64,000 bases of DNA from positions 480,001 through 544,000 of the forward strand of contig CBDCNP010000002.1 of assembly GCA_965219415.1 (NCBI GenBank), in the 5' to 3' direction. The position numbers and the translations under genes are program-made. This DNA is from Candidatus Marinacidobacterales bacterium (GTDB lineage Bacteria; Acidobacteriota; Vicinamibacteria; Marinacidobacterales; DATDRI01). Position 1 is the stretch's first letter, and every line of letters starts with the position of its first letter. Under the pieces are notes generated by a model. The model was not told the origin of the DNA, did not search any database, and saw only the letters and a list, made by a program, of their open reading frames with translations. Below are positions 20,346-29,161 of this stretch, piece after piece.

Positions 20346-21080
20346 ATGAAGAAAACAGACTCCCCAACCGCAGTCGTTACCGGTGGAAGCAAGGGCATCG
20401 GGGCAGATATCGCGGAGCGGCTTCTCGATAGAGATTACCGCGTCGTCAATCTGTCCAACATCCCCCCGAACTGGAAACATGACCGGCTCGAGACGATCGA
20501 GGTCGACCTATCGGATCTGGACGCAACGCGTGAGACCGCTGCCGCCGTTGCGGCGGTTCAGGACGTCAAGGTTTTCGTGCATAACGCGGGAGTGATTCGG
20601 CCGGCGCTCCTCGAGGCCGTCAAGCAAGAAGACCTCGATCACTTGGTCAGCTTGCACCTCGGTGCTGCGATAGCCCTCGCGCAGCAATTCGTGCCGTCCA
20701 TGCGCACACAAAAGTTCGGACGCATCGTGCTCATTTCCTCTCGCGCCGCTCTCGGTTTGCCCACTCGCACCGCCTATTCTGCCACCAAGGCAGGAATGAT
20801 CGGCTTGACGCGAACCTGGGCTTTGGAGCTCGCGAAGGACGGCATCACCGTGAACGCGATCGCCCCGGGGCCGATCGAGACCGATCAGTTCCACGAGCTC
20901 ATCCCACCCGACAGCCCGAAGAAACCACAGATCGCCGCGAGCGTCCCCGTGGGACGTCTAGGAACACCGGCCGACATCGGAAGGGTCGTCGACTTCCTTG
21001 TCGATCCGGAAAGTAGCTTTATCACCGGTCAGACGCTGTACGTCTGTGGCGGTGTGAGTCTCGGGGGCCTGACACTTTGA
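20346..21080 (+). CDS. SDR-family oxidoreductase (FabG-like)
   Basis: TGGSKGIG, HNAG, YSATK, NAIAPG motifs. Confidence 0.93.
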   Translation: MKKTDSPTAVVTGGSKGIGADIAERLLDRDYRVVNLSNIPPNWKHDRLETIEVDLSDLDATRETAAAVAAVQDVKVFVHNAGVIRPALLEAVKQEDLDHLVSLHLGAAIALAQQFVPSMRTQKFGRIVLISSRAALGLPTRTAYSATKAGMIGLTRTWALELAKDGITVNAIAPGPIETDQFHELIPPDSPKKPQIAASVPVGRLGTPADIGRVVDFLVDPESSFITGQTLYVCGGVSLGGLTL

Positions 21081-21116
21081 CTCTCTAGACTCGTAACCTC
21101 ATAGAGAGGGGTTGCC

Positions 21117-22472
21117 ATGAAGAAGTGCCTGCCTGTTTTTCTCCTTTTCGTTTTCTACGCCTACCCAGCATGGAGCCAACAAGACGCGCTGGTCATTGAG
21201 GATGTGACACTTATCGATGGAACCGGGAACCCTCCGGTGCAGAACGTCACCATCATCGTCCAAGGTGATCGGATTCGGTACGTCGGCCCGGCTGAGGTCG
21301 ACATTCCTCGTGGTGCCCACCGAATCGACGGCAAGGGCAAGTTCGTCATCCCCGGGCTCATGGACACCCATATCCATCTCAAGGGAGGCCGATTGGGTCC
21401 CCACATGGAGGCCGACGAGGACGCTCCCGCCAACGAACAAGACGCCCTGAGCGCTCTTCACAGCTACCTCAATGCAGGAGTCACTGCTGTCTACGACGCC
21501 GGCAGCTATCCCGAGTTCTTTTTTCCGTTCCGGGAGAAGGAGCGCTCGGGAGAGATCACCGCGCCCCGCATCTTCGGATCCGGTTTTGCTATATCCGCTC
21601 CCGGTGGTCACGCCGCACCGGTTCCCGTCACCGTCGAGGACTGGGCGAAGGATCGCAAGAAGGTCGACGAGGTACTGGCCTGGAAGCCCGATCTGGTCAA
21701 GATCACCCAAGACGAGCACGGTTGGAACATGCGGCCTTACGGGAACTACATGCCGATCGACTTGCTCGAAACCGTGATCCGCTACGTAAACGCGCACGGC
21801 ATCCGTACCTGCATCCATACTTCCAACGAGCTCCGCACGTGGGAGGCCATCTATGCCGGTGTGGATACGCTCGCCCACCCCGTCATTCAGGCCCCGGTAA
21901 GCGACAAGTACCTCAATATGATGAGGGTCAAGAAAGTCCCTCAGGTCTCGACACTGACCATCGGGGATGGCTACCGGCGCCTGCTCGACGAGCCTGAGTT
22001 TCTTGATCAGCCGCTTTACCGAGCCACCCTCGAGCCCCAAGAAATCGCCCGGCTCAGGAACAAAGAAGCCAAGAAGCAAGCCGACAGGCGCTGGGTGAAG
22101 TGGATGCGGGTGATGAATCCCGTCGCGCAGGAAAACCTAAGAAGGCTCAACGAAGCCGGCGGCATCGTTTCACTCGGGACCGATCAGGATATGGGACCAG
22201 CCGTCCACCGGGAGCTCGAGCTTCTCGTCGATGGCGGCATATCCTCTCTCGACGCTATCAAGATCGGAACGTTGAACAACGCGATCTTCTTGGGCATGGA
22301 AGACGATTTGGGCACGATCGAAGCGGGGAAGCTCGCCGATCTCGTGATCTTGAACGCCGATCCCACCAAGGACATCAACAACGCGAAGCTCATTCATACC
22401 GTCATCAAGAACGGGCGAGTGATCGATCGGGCCACGCTACAAATTCCCGGTAACGCACAGGGCACCCACTAA
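21117..22472 (+). CDS. Secreted amidohydrolase-family protein
   Basis: Signal peptide, PGLMDTHIH, GTD, GTIEAGKLADLVIL..DP motifs. Confidence 0.92.
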   Translation: MKKCLPVFLLFVFYAYPAWSQQDALVIEDVTLIDGTGNPPVQNVTIIVQGDRIRYVGPAEVDIPRGAHRIDGKGKFVIPGLMDTHIHLKGGRLGPHMEADEDAPANEQDALSALHSYLNAGVTAVYDAGSYPEFFFPFREKERSGEITAPRIFGSGFAISAPGGHAAPVPVTVEDWAKDRKKVDEVLAWKPDLVKITQDEHGWNMRPYGNYMPIDLLETVIRYVNAHGIRTCIHTSNELRTWEAIYAGVDTLAHPVIQAPVSDKYLNMMRVKKVPQVSTLTIGDGYRRLLDEPEFLDQPLYRATLEPQEIARLRNKEAKKQADRRWVKWMRVMNPVAQENLRRLNEAGGIVSLGTDQDMGPAVHRELELLVDGGISSLDAIKIGTLNNAIFLGMEDDLGTIEAGKLADLVILNADPTKDINNAKLIHTVIKNGRVIDRATLQIPGNAQGTH

Positions 22473-22486
22473 CCGCCGACATTCAT

Positions 22487-22592
22487 GACGTTAATAATGT
22501 TAAACGCATACACCTGATCATCAAGAACGGGAGAGTCATCGATCGCACCCGCGCTTTTCCACATCCCAGCCAACGCCAGCGGTACACAGTAG
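22487..22592 (+). pseudogene. Orphan diverged duplicate of the amidohydrolase 3' end
   Basis: DVNNVKRIHLIIKNGRVIDRT..HIPANASGTQ* vs DINNAKLIHTVIKNGRVIDRATLQIPGNAQGTH* (22371-22472). Confidence 0.8.
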
Positions 22593-22648
22593 ACAAGACC
22601 AAAAATCGGATATGATTGCGTTCTAGACGGTTAGGAGTACGTGTGCGT

Positions 22649-25429
22649 GTGCCGAAGAAAAAAAGCCTCGGCTTCGAAGTGAATGGCCAGAGTGAGACGC
22701 TCGAAGTCTCCCCGCGCACCCGTCTCCTCGATGCTTTGCGGCTAGGGCTCGGACTCACCGGCACCAAGGAGGGCTGCGGCACCGGAGATTGCGGAACCTG
22801 CACCGTTTTCCTCGATGGGCGACCGGTCAATTCCTGCCTGGTCATGGCCCTACAGGCCGAGGGCCGGGAGGTCACCACCATCGAAGGCCTGGGAACACCC
22901 GGCCAACTCGATCCGATTCAAGACGCGATGGTGCAGTGCGGCGGGATTCAATGCGGTTTCTGCACTCCGGGCATGGTGATGTCGCTGAAAGGGTTGATGG
23001 CGCGTAACCCGCGACCGTCCGAGGAAGAGGTTCGCGTCGCGATCTCGGGGAATCTCTGCCGCTGCACCGGCTACGGCAAGATTCTCGAAGCTGCCCAAAG
23101 CGTGGTGGGCGGCGTGACACCCGACCAACCTGACAGGCCTGGCAGTAGCGACAAGCCCGATGGCGGCATCGGATCACGCTTCGTTCGCACCGATGCGGTG
23201 GAGAAAGTGACGGGACGGGCCGTCTACGCCGAAGATGTCCAACTTCCGAAAATGACCTACGGCGTGGTCGTGCGGAGTCCCTATCCCCACGCGCGCATCC
23301 TTTCCATCGACACATCCAAAGCGCTAGAGATTCCCGGGGTCAAAGCGATCGTCACCGGCCGCGATTTCGAGATGGGTTTTTACGGCATCGACCTACAAGA
23401 CCAGCAGATCTTTGCCTTGGACAAGGCACGATTTCTCGGTGAACCGGTGGCGGCGGTAGCGGCGACCACACTGGATCTCGCTCGTGAGGCAGTGGACAAG
23501 GTTCGAGTCGAATACGAAGAGCTCCCCGCGGTTTTCGATAGCGAAGAAGCGATTTCCCCGGATGCCCCCTTGGTTCATCTCGACGTGAACGAGTACGAGC
23601 ACAACTGGAAATCGGAGCGGACCGGAAACCTCTGCTACCAAACATGGATCGGTCACGGCGACGTCGACCAAGGCTTTGCGGAGTCGGACTTCGTTGTTGA
23701 GGGGACGTACCGCACCCCGGTCGCTCACCCCGGAGCCATCGAGCCCCATAGCGCTACCGCCAAGGTGGACCCCTCCGGTCGCGTCACCGTCTGGACCACG
23801 ACGCAGAAACCGTTTGCGGTGCGCGCCTACCTTGCTCGTGCCTTCAAACGCCCGGTGAACGATTTCAAGGTGGTGCAAACTCATATCGGCGGCGGCTTCG
23901 GTGGCAAAGTCGTCCTTTGTCTCGAACCTTACGCGGTGGCTCTGGCCGAGCGGGCCGGCGTTCCCGTGCAGATGACCTTGACGCGCGAAGAAGAGATGTC
24001 GACCACGACGCTCCGGCACCCGGCGAGAGTTCGCCTCGAGACCGGAGTGAAGCGCGATGGCACGTTGGTGGCGCATCGAGTCCGGGTCCTTTTCGATACC
24101 GGCGCTTACTCCGGTGACGGGCCGACGGCTGGCGCGCTTGCGACGTTGATGTCCACCGGCCCCTATCGTTTCGAGCACGTCGACGTGACCGCACTCGTCA
24201 CTTACACCAACAACATCCCATGCGGTTCGTGTCGTTGCCCGGCCGGCCCCCAAATGGCGTTCGCGGTCGAGACCCATTTCGAAAAGATCGCTCGGCGATT
24301 GGAGATGGACAGTCTCGAGTTCCGTCTCAAGAACGCATGGGTAGACGGCGATTACACGCACACCGGACAAGAGCTCACTTCGGTGAGCGTCAAGGAGTGT
24401 CTCGAGAAGGCCGCTGCAGCGATCGACTGGGGCAAACCCCGAGCCCCGGGAGTCGGTCGCGGCTTGGCGTGCAACTGGTGGGTCAGTGGAACCTGGGCGA
24501 CCTCGACGCTGATGGAAACAAACGAGGACGGCACCTTCCGTCTTCTCTCTGGTGGTGTCGACATGGGAACCGGCGCCATGAGCACGAGCGTGTTGCAAAT
24601 GGCCGCGGCGGGGCTCGGCGTACCTCCCGAGTCCATTCAACTCGTTCGTGGTGACACCGACACCCTTCCTTGGGATCACGGACATGGCGGCAGCCGGATG
24701 GCGTTCACGGTAGGGCGTTCGGCATATGAAGCGGCGTTGGATCTCAAGAAGCAATTGCTACAGGAAGCGGTCGGGGTGCTGGAATCGCCACTCGACACAC
24801 TTGAGATCGAAGGAGACAGCATCCGAGTCCATGCCGAACCGGAGCGCGCGGTGCCATTGGCCCGAATCTGCTACGCGCGACACAAGAAACACGGAGGCCC
24901 TCTAATCGGGAAATCGTCCCTGCTCCTTGAGCCACCCCCGACCGAGAGGACCCGGCATCGCGATCATCCGTATCCCGCCTTTCCTGCGCCCAGCTTCTGC
25001 GCGCATGCGGTCGAGCTCGTAGTGGACGACGAGACCGGGGAGATTACCGTGAAGCGTTATGCGGCGGCCCATGACGTCGGCAAGGCGATCAACCCGACGG
25101 CCTGCGAGGGTCAGATCGAGGGTGGCGTGTCCATGGGGCTGGGGTTGGCGTTATCGGAAGAGATTCGTGAGGAAAATGGGAAAGTGCTCAATCCGAACTT
25201 CGCGGACTACCTTCTGGTCACCGCGGAGGACATGCCGCCCACCCAAGCGCTTCTGGTGGAAAAACCGGCAACCGAAGGTCCGTTCGGAGCCAAAGGTGTT
25301 GGGGAGCCACCCGCCGCGCCCCCGACCGGAGCGGTCGCCAATGCGCTGACCGATGCTCTCGGCGTCGAAATCGTTCGACTTCCCCTTCATTCTGAAGAGG
25401 TCGTCTCTCTAATAAAGATGCTTCGTTAG
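22649..25429 (+). CDS. Xanthine dehydrogenase/aldehyde oxidase-family protein, fused 2x[2Fe-2S] + molybdopterin subunit (copy 1)
   Basis: GCGTGDCGTC, QCGFCTPG, NLCRCTGY, IGGGFGGK, GAKGVGEPP; start uncertain (GTG 22649 or TTG 22616). Confidence 0.93.
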   Translation: MPKKKSLGFEVNGQSETLEVSPRTRLLDALRLGLGLTGTKEGCGTGDCGTCTVFLDGRPVNSCLVMALQAEGREVTTIEGLGTPGQLDPIQDAMVQCGGIQCGFCTPGMVMSLKGLMARNPRPSEEEVRVAISGNLCRCTGYGKILEAAQSVVGGVTPDQPDRPGSSDKPDGGIGSRFVRTDAVEKVTGRAVYAEDVQLPKMTYGVVVRSPYPHARILSIDTSKALEIPGVKAIVTGRDFEMGFYGIDLQDQQIFALDKARFLGEPVAAVAATTLDLAREAVDKVRVEYEELPAVFDSEEAISPDAPLVHLDVNEYEHNWKSERTGNLCYQTWIGHGDVDQGFAESDFVVEGTYRTPVAHPGAIEPHSATAKVDPSGRVTVWTTTQKPFAVRAYLARAFKRPVNDFKVVQTHIGGGFGGKVVLCLEPYAVALAERAGVPVQMTLTREEEMSTTTLRHPARVRLETGVKRDGTLVAHRVRVLFDTGAYSGDGPTAGALATLMSTGPYRFEHVDVTALVTYTNNIPCGSCRCPAGPQMAFAVETHFEKIARRLEMDSLEFRLKNAWVDGDYTHTGQELTSVSVKECLEKAAAAIDWGKPRAPGVGRGLACNWWVSGTWATSTLMETNEDGTFRLLSGGVDMGTGAMSTSVLQMAAAGLGVPPESIQLVRGDTDTLPWDHGHGGSRMAFTVGRSAYEAALDLKKQLLQEAVGVLESPLDTLEIEGDSIRVHAEPERAVPLARICYARHKKHGGPLIGKSSLLLEPPPTERTRHRDHPYPAFPAPSFCAHAVELVVDDETGEITVKRYAAAHDVGKAINPTACEGQIEGGVSMGLGLALSEEIREENGKVLNPNFADYLLVTAEDMPPTQALLVEKPATEGPFGAKGVGEPPAAPPTGAVANALTDALGVEIVRLPLHSEEVVSLIKMLR

Positions 25430-25492
25430 CGACAGCCGAGGCAACGTAATTTCTGATTGCCGTGCCTTTGCCAAAGTAGAATAATTCAGTCC

Positions 25493-28276
25493 ATGGAAAA
25501 AAAGACTCTGAGCTTCACCGTCAACGATGAGCCGGAAACGATTGAAATCACTCCGCGGACCCGCCTGCTCGATGCTCTGCGTGTCGACATCGGCCTGACC
25601 GGCACGAAAGAAGGATGCGGCACCGGCGATTGCGGTAGCTGCACGGTGCTGTTGGACGGAATCGCCGTGAACTCGTGCATGGTTCTAGCGCTTCAGGCCG
25701 AGGGAAGAAACGTCACCACCATCGAGGGCTTGGGAAAACCGGGGGACCTTCACCCGATCCAGCAGTCCATGGTGCAATGCGGCGGCATCCAGTGTGGGTT
25801 TTGCACTCCGGGCATGGTGCTTTCATTGAAAGGACTACTCGATCAGAATCCTCGTCCGAACGAGGAAGAGGTTCGAGTCGCCATCTCGAGCAACCTTTGC
25901 CGGTGCACGGGCTATAGCAAGATCCTCGATGCCGCGAAGGCGGTGATCGACGAAGTTGCAACGCCGGGAGCCGCATCCCCTGGCGGCGACGCCGCGTCTG
26001 ATGATGGCCGGGTTGGAGCGCGAATGGTGCGAACCGACGCGGCGGAGAAAGTGACTGGACGCGCCATCTATGCCGAGGACATCCGACTCCCGCGCATGAT
26101 CTATGGCGTGGTCGTTCGGAGCCCCCATGCACACGCGAAGATCCTTTCTATCGATACCTCCGAGGCGGAGAAGCTGCCGGGGGTCAAGACGGTGGTAACC
26201 GGCCGCGACCTCGAGATGGGCTACTACGGAATCGATCTTCAGGATCAACAAATGTTCGCGCTGGAGAAGGCTCGTTTTCTGGGAGAGCCCGTTGCGGCGG
26301 TCGCGGCGACGACGCCCGATATCGCACGGGAAGCGGCTTCGAAGGTGAAGGTTCAGTACGAAGAGCTACCGGGTGTCTTCGACCCCGAAGAAGCCATCTC
26401 CTCGGACGCGCCACTCGTTCACGACGACGTCAACGCCTATGAACACAACTGGGAGTCGGACCGGAAGGGCAACCTTTGCTTCCAAGCTTGGGTCGGAGAG
26501 GGCGATGTCGATAAAGGATTCGCCGAGTCGGATCAGGTAGTCGAAGGAACCTACTACGCACCGGTGGCGCACCCCGGCTCGATCGAGCCGCACAGCTCGA
26601 CGGCCATGGTGGATCCCGCGGGGCGCGTCACGGTGTGGACCACCAACCAAAAACCCTTCGCGGTGCGAAGTTATCTGGCCCGCGCCTTCAAGCGCCCGGT
26701 AAACGCATTCAAGATCGTTCCCACCCACATCGGCGGAGGCTTCGGCGGTAAATTGGTCCTTTGTCTCGAGCCCTACGCGGTCATGCTCGCCGAGCGGTCG
26801 GGTCTTGCGGTGCAAATGACTTTGACGCGCGAGGAAGAGATGGCGACCACGACGCTTCGCCACTCCGCTAAGGTCGAGCTCAAGACCGGCGTCAAGAAGG
26901 ACGGGACCTTGGTTTCACATCAGGCGCGCCTTCTATTCAATACCGGTGCCTACTCCGGTGACGGCCCTACCGCAACGGCCCTCGCCACGTTGATGGCCAC
27001 CGGCCCATATCGATTCCCGAACTTGGACATCACTGGCCTCGTTGCTTATACCAACAACGTCCCTTGTGGCTCTTGCCGGTGCCCGGCCGGACCGCAGATG
27101 GCTTTCGCAGTGGAGACCCACCTCGAGAAGGTGGCACGCGCCATCGATATGGACAGCCTCGAGTTCCGCCTAAAAAACGCGTGGAAAGACGGTGACACGA
27201 CGTGCACCGGGCAGGCGCTCGACTCGGTCAGCGTCAAGGAATGCTTGCAGAAGGCGGCGGACGGCGTGGAGTGGGACAAACCGCGCGCGCCCGGTGTCGG
27301 AAAAGGACTGGCTTGCAACTGGTGGGTCAGCGGAACTTGGGGAACGTCCACATTAGTCGAAACGAACGAGGATGGTACCTTCCGCCTCATCTCGGGCGGT
27401 GTCGACATGGGCACCGGTGCGATGACCACGAGCGTGTTGCAAATGGCGGCAGCCGGCCTCGGCGTGCCCCCCGAGTCGATCCAGCTCGTTCGGGGTGATA
27501 CCGACACCCTCCCCTGGGATCATGGGCACGGCGGCAGCCGTATGGCATTCACCGTGGCGCGTTCGGCCTATGAAGCGGCCGAAGATCTCAAGCATCAATT
27601 GCTCGAAGAGGGTGCCCGCCATCTCGAGGCTTCGATCGAAGAGCTGGCTCTCGAGGGCGATCGTATCTTCGTCCGCGAAGATACGTCGCGCTCCGTGCCT
27701 TTGTCGAAAGTCTGCTACTACCGTCACAAGAAGCACGGGGGGCCTTTGATCGGCCGCTCATCTATCCTCGACGATCCTCCCCCAACACCGAAGGGACGAC
27801 ACCGCTTCCATCCTTATCCGGCCATGCCCGCCCCGAGCTTCTGCGCCCATGCGGTGGAGCTCGCCGTGGACGACGAAACCGGCGAGGTATCCGTGACCCG
27901 CTACGCGGCCGCCCACGATGTGGGCAAGGCCATCAACCCTACAGGCTGTGAAGGCCAGATCGAGGGCGGCGTCGCCATGGGACTCGGGCTGGCCATGATG
28001 GAGGAGCTGTGCGAAGTAGACGGGAAGGTGCTGAATCCGACCTTTGCCGACTACCTTCTTCTTACCGCCGAGGACATGCCTCCTATGAAGACGATTCTGG
28101 TCGAGAAGCCCGCGACCGAAGGACCAGTCGGGGCTAAAGGTGTGGGTGAGCCACCGATCGCTCCCCCCACCGGCGCGGTTGCCAACGCGTTGACCGAAGC
28201 GCTCGACGTCGACGTCGATCGCCTTCCGCTGACGCCGGAGGCGGTCACAACACTCATCGGATCACGAAAAACATGA
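25493..28276 (+). CDS. Xanthine dehydrogenase/aldehyde oxidase-family protein, fused 2x[2Fe-2S] + molybdopterin subunit (copy 2)
   Basis: Same motifs; colinear tandem paralog of copy 1; ATG at 25493. Confidence 0.93.
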   Translation: MEKKTLSFTVNDEPETIEITPRTRLLDALRVDIGLTGTKEGCGTGDCGSCTVLLDGIAVNSCMVLALQAEGRNVTTIEGLGKPGDLHPIQQSMVQCGGIQCGFCTPGMVLSLKGLLDQNPRPNEEEVRVAISSNLCRCTGYSKILDAAKAVIDEVATPGAASPGGDAASDDGRVGARMVRTDAAEKVTGRAIYAEDIRLPRMIYGVVVRSPHAHAKILSIDTSEAEKLPGVKTVVTGRDLEMGYYGIDLQDQQMFALEKARFLGEPVAAVAATTPDIAREAASKVKVQYEELPGVFDPEEAISSDAPLVHDDVNAYEHNWESDRKGNLCFQAWVGEGDVDKGFAESDQVVEGTYYAPVAHPGSIEPHSSTAMVDPAGRVTVWTTNQKPFAVRSYLARAFKRPVNAFKIVPTHIGGGFGGKLVLCLEPYAVMLAERSGLAVQMTLTREEEMATTTLRHSAKVELKTGVKKDGTLVSHQARLLFNTGAYSGDGPTATALATLMATGPYRFPNLDITGLVAYTNNVPCGSCRCPAGPQMAFAVETHLEKVARAIDMDSLEFRLKNAWKDGDTTCTGQALDSVSVKECLQKAADGVEWDKPRAPGVGKGLACNWWVSGTWGTSTLVETNEDGTFRLISGGVDMGTGAMTTSVLQMAAAGLGVPPESIQLVRGDTDTLPWDHGHGGSRMAFTVARSAYEAAEDLKHQLLEEGARHLEASIEELALEGDRIFVREDTSRSVPLSKVCYYRHKKHGGPLIGRSSILDDPPPTPKGRHRFHPYPAMPAPSFCAHAVELAVDDETGEVSVTRYAAAHDVGKAINPTGCEGQIEGGVAMGLGLAMMEELCEVDGKVLNPTFADYLLLTAEDMPPMKTILVEKPATEGPVGAKGVGEPPIAPPTGAVANALTEALDVDVDRLPLTPEAVTTLIGSRKT

Positions 28277-29136
28277 TCAACGACTTCGAGTTCACGCAGC
28301 CGCGCGATGTTCCAGAAGCCCTCAAGGCCTTGACCGAAAAAGGTCGGATCGTACCGGTAGCCGGCGGTACCAACGTGTTGGTCAACATGAAACGCGCCCC
28401 CTTGGAGGCCGATCTCGTCGTTGATTTGACCCGACTCGAAGCCCTGCAACCGATCTCGATCGACAACGGAACCACCCGTCTGGGAGCCGGTGTCTCGTTC
28501 ACTCGCCTGCTCGAATGGGCCCCGGGTGGTGCGGTCGAAGGGCTAATGCGGCCGATGTGCGTCGCCTTCGCTGGCCCGCTCATCCGCAACCTCGCCACAG
28601 TGGGCGGGAACATCTGCGACGCTTCTCCGGCCGCCGACGTGTCCCCTCCCCTTCTCGCCCTCGATGCCAGCGTCCAGATGGAAAGCGTTTTGGGCGGATT
28701 ACGCACGATTTCGCTCCCGGAATTCTTTCAGGGGGTCCGTAAGACGGGACGACGTGCCGATGAGTTGGTCACGAGCATCGAGTTCGCGAAACCCGAAGAC
28801 GATGAGCGCTGGTTCTACTACAAGCTCGGCAAGCGCAAGGCCGATGCGATCTCGATCGTCAGCATCGCCATGACGGTGAAGCTCGCACGAGGTAAAGTAG
28901 AGAGGGTACGGATCGCCTTGGGTGCGGTGGCGCCGGTAGCGATGCGCGCTCCCGACGCGGAAGGGACTCTTCGAGGAGAGGCCTTGAACGATTCCACCAT
29001 CGCCGCCGCGGCGGCGGCAGCTGCTAAGGAATCCCGGCCCATCGACGATTTCCGGGCCACCGGCAACTACCGGCGACAGATGGTAGAAGTCTTGGTAAGA
29101 AGAGGCCTCCACGAAATCGCGGGACAGGGCAAATGA
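28273..29136 (+). CDS. FAD-binding subunit (CoxM/XdhB-like)
   Basis: AGGTN, IRNLATVGGNICDASPAAD, PIDDFRA motifs; overlaps the upstream stop. Confidence 0.93.
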   Translation: MINDFEFTQPRDVPEALKALTEKGRIVPVAGGTNVLVNMKRAPLEADLVVDLTRLEALQPISIDNGTTRLGAGVSFTRLLEWAPGGAVEGLMRPMCVAFAGPLIRNLATVGGNICDASPAADVSPPLLALDASVQMESVLGGLRTISLPEFFQGVRKTGRRADELVTSIEFAKPEDDERWFYYKLGKRKADAISIVSIAMTVKLARGKVERVRIALGAVAPVAMRAPDAEGTLRGEALNDSTIAAAAAAAAKESRPIDDFRATGNYRRQMVEVLVRRGLHEIAGQGK

Positions 29137-29161
29137 CCGTTTAGGTAGGTTCGACTTCACC

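Noticed and set aside
22371-22592. Possible DGR template/variable repeat pair
   Set aside because: Differences are not adenine-specific (many C/T synonymous changes) and no reverse transcriptase is present.
22649-29136. Canonical aerobic CO dehydrogenase (coxMSL)
   Set aside because: The motif is not AYRCSFR, the small and large subunits are fused, and no coxDEFG genes are nearby.
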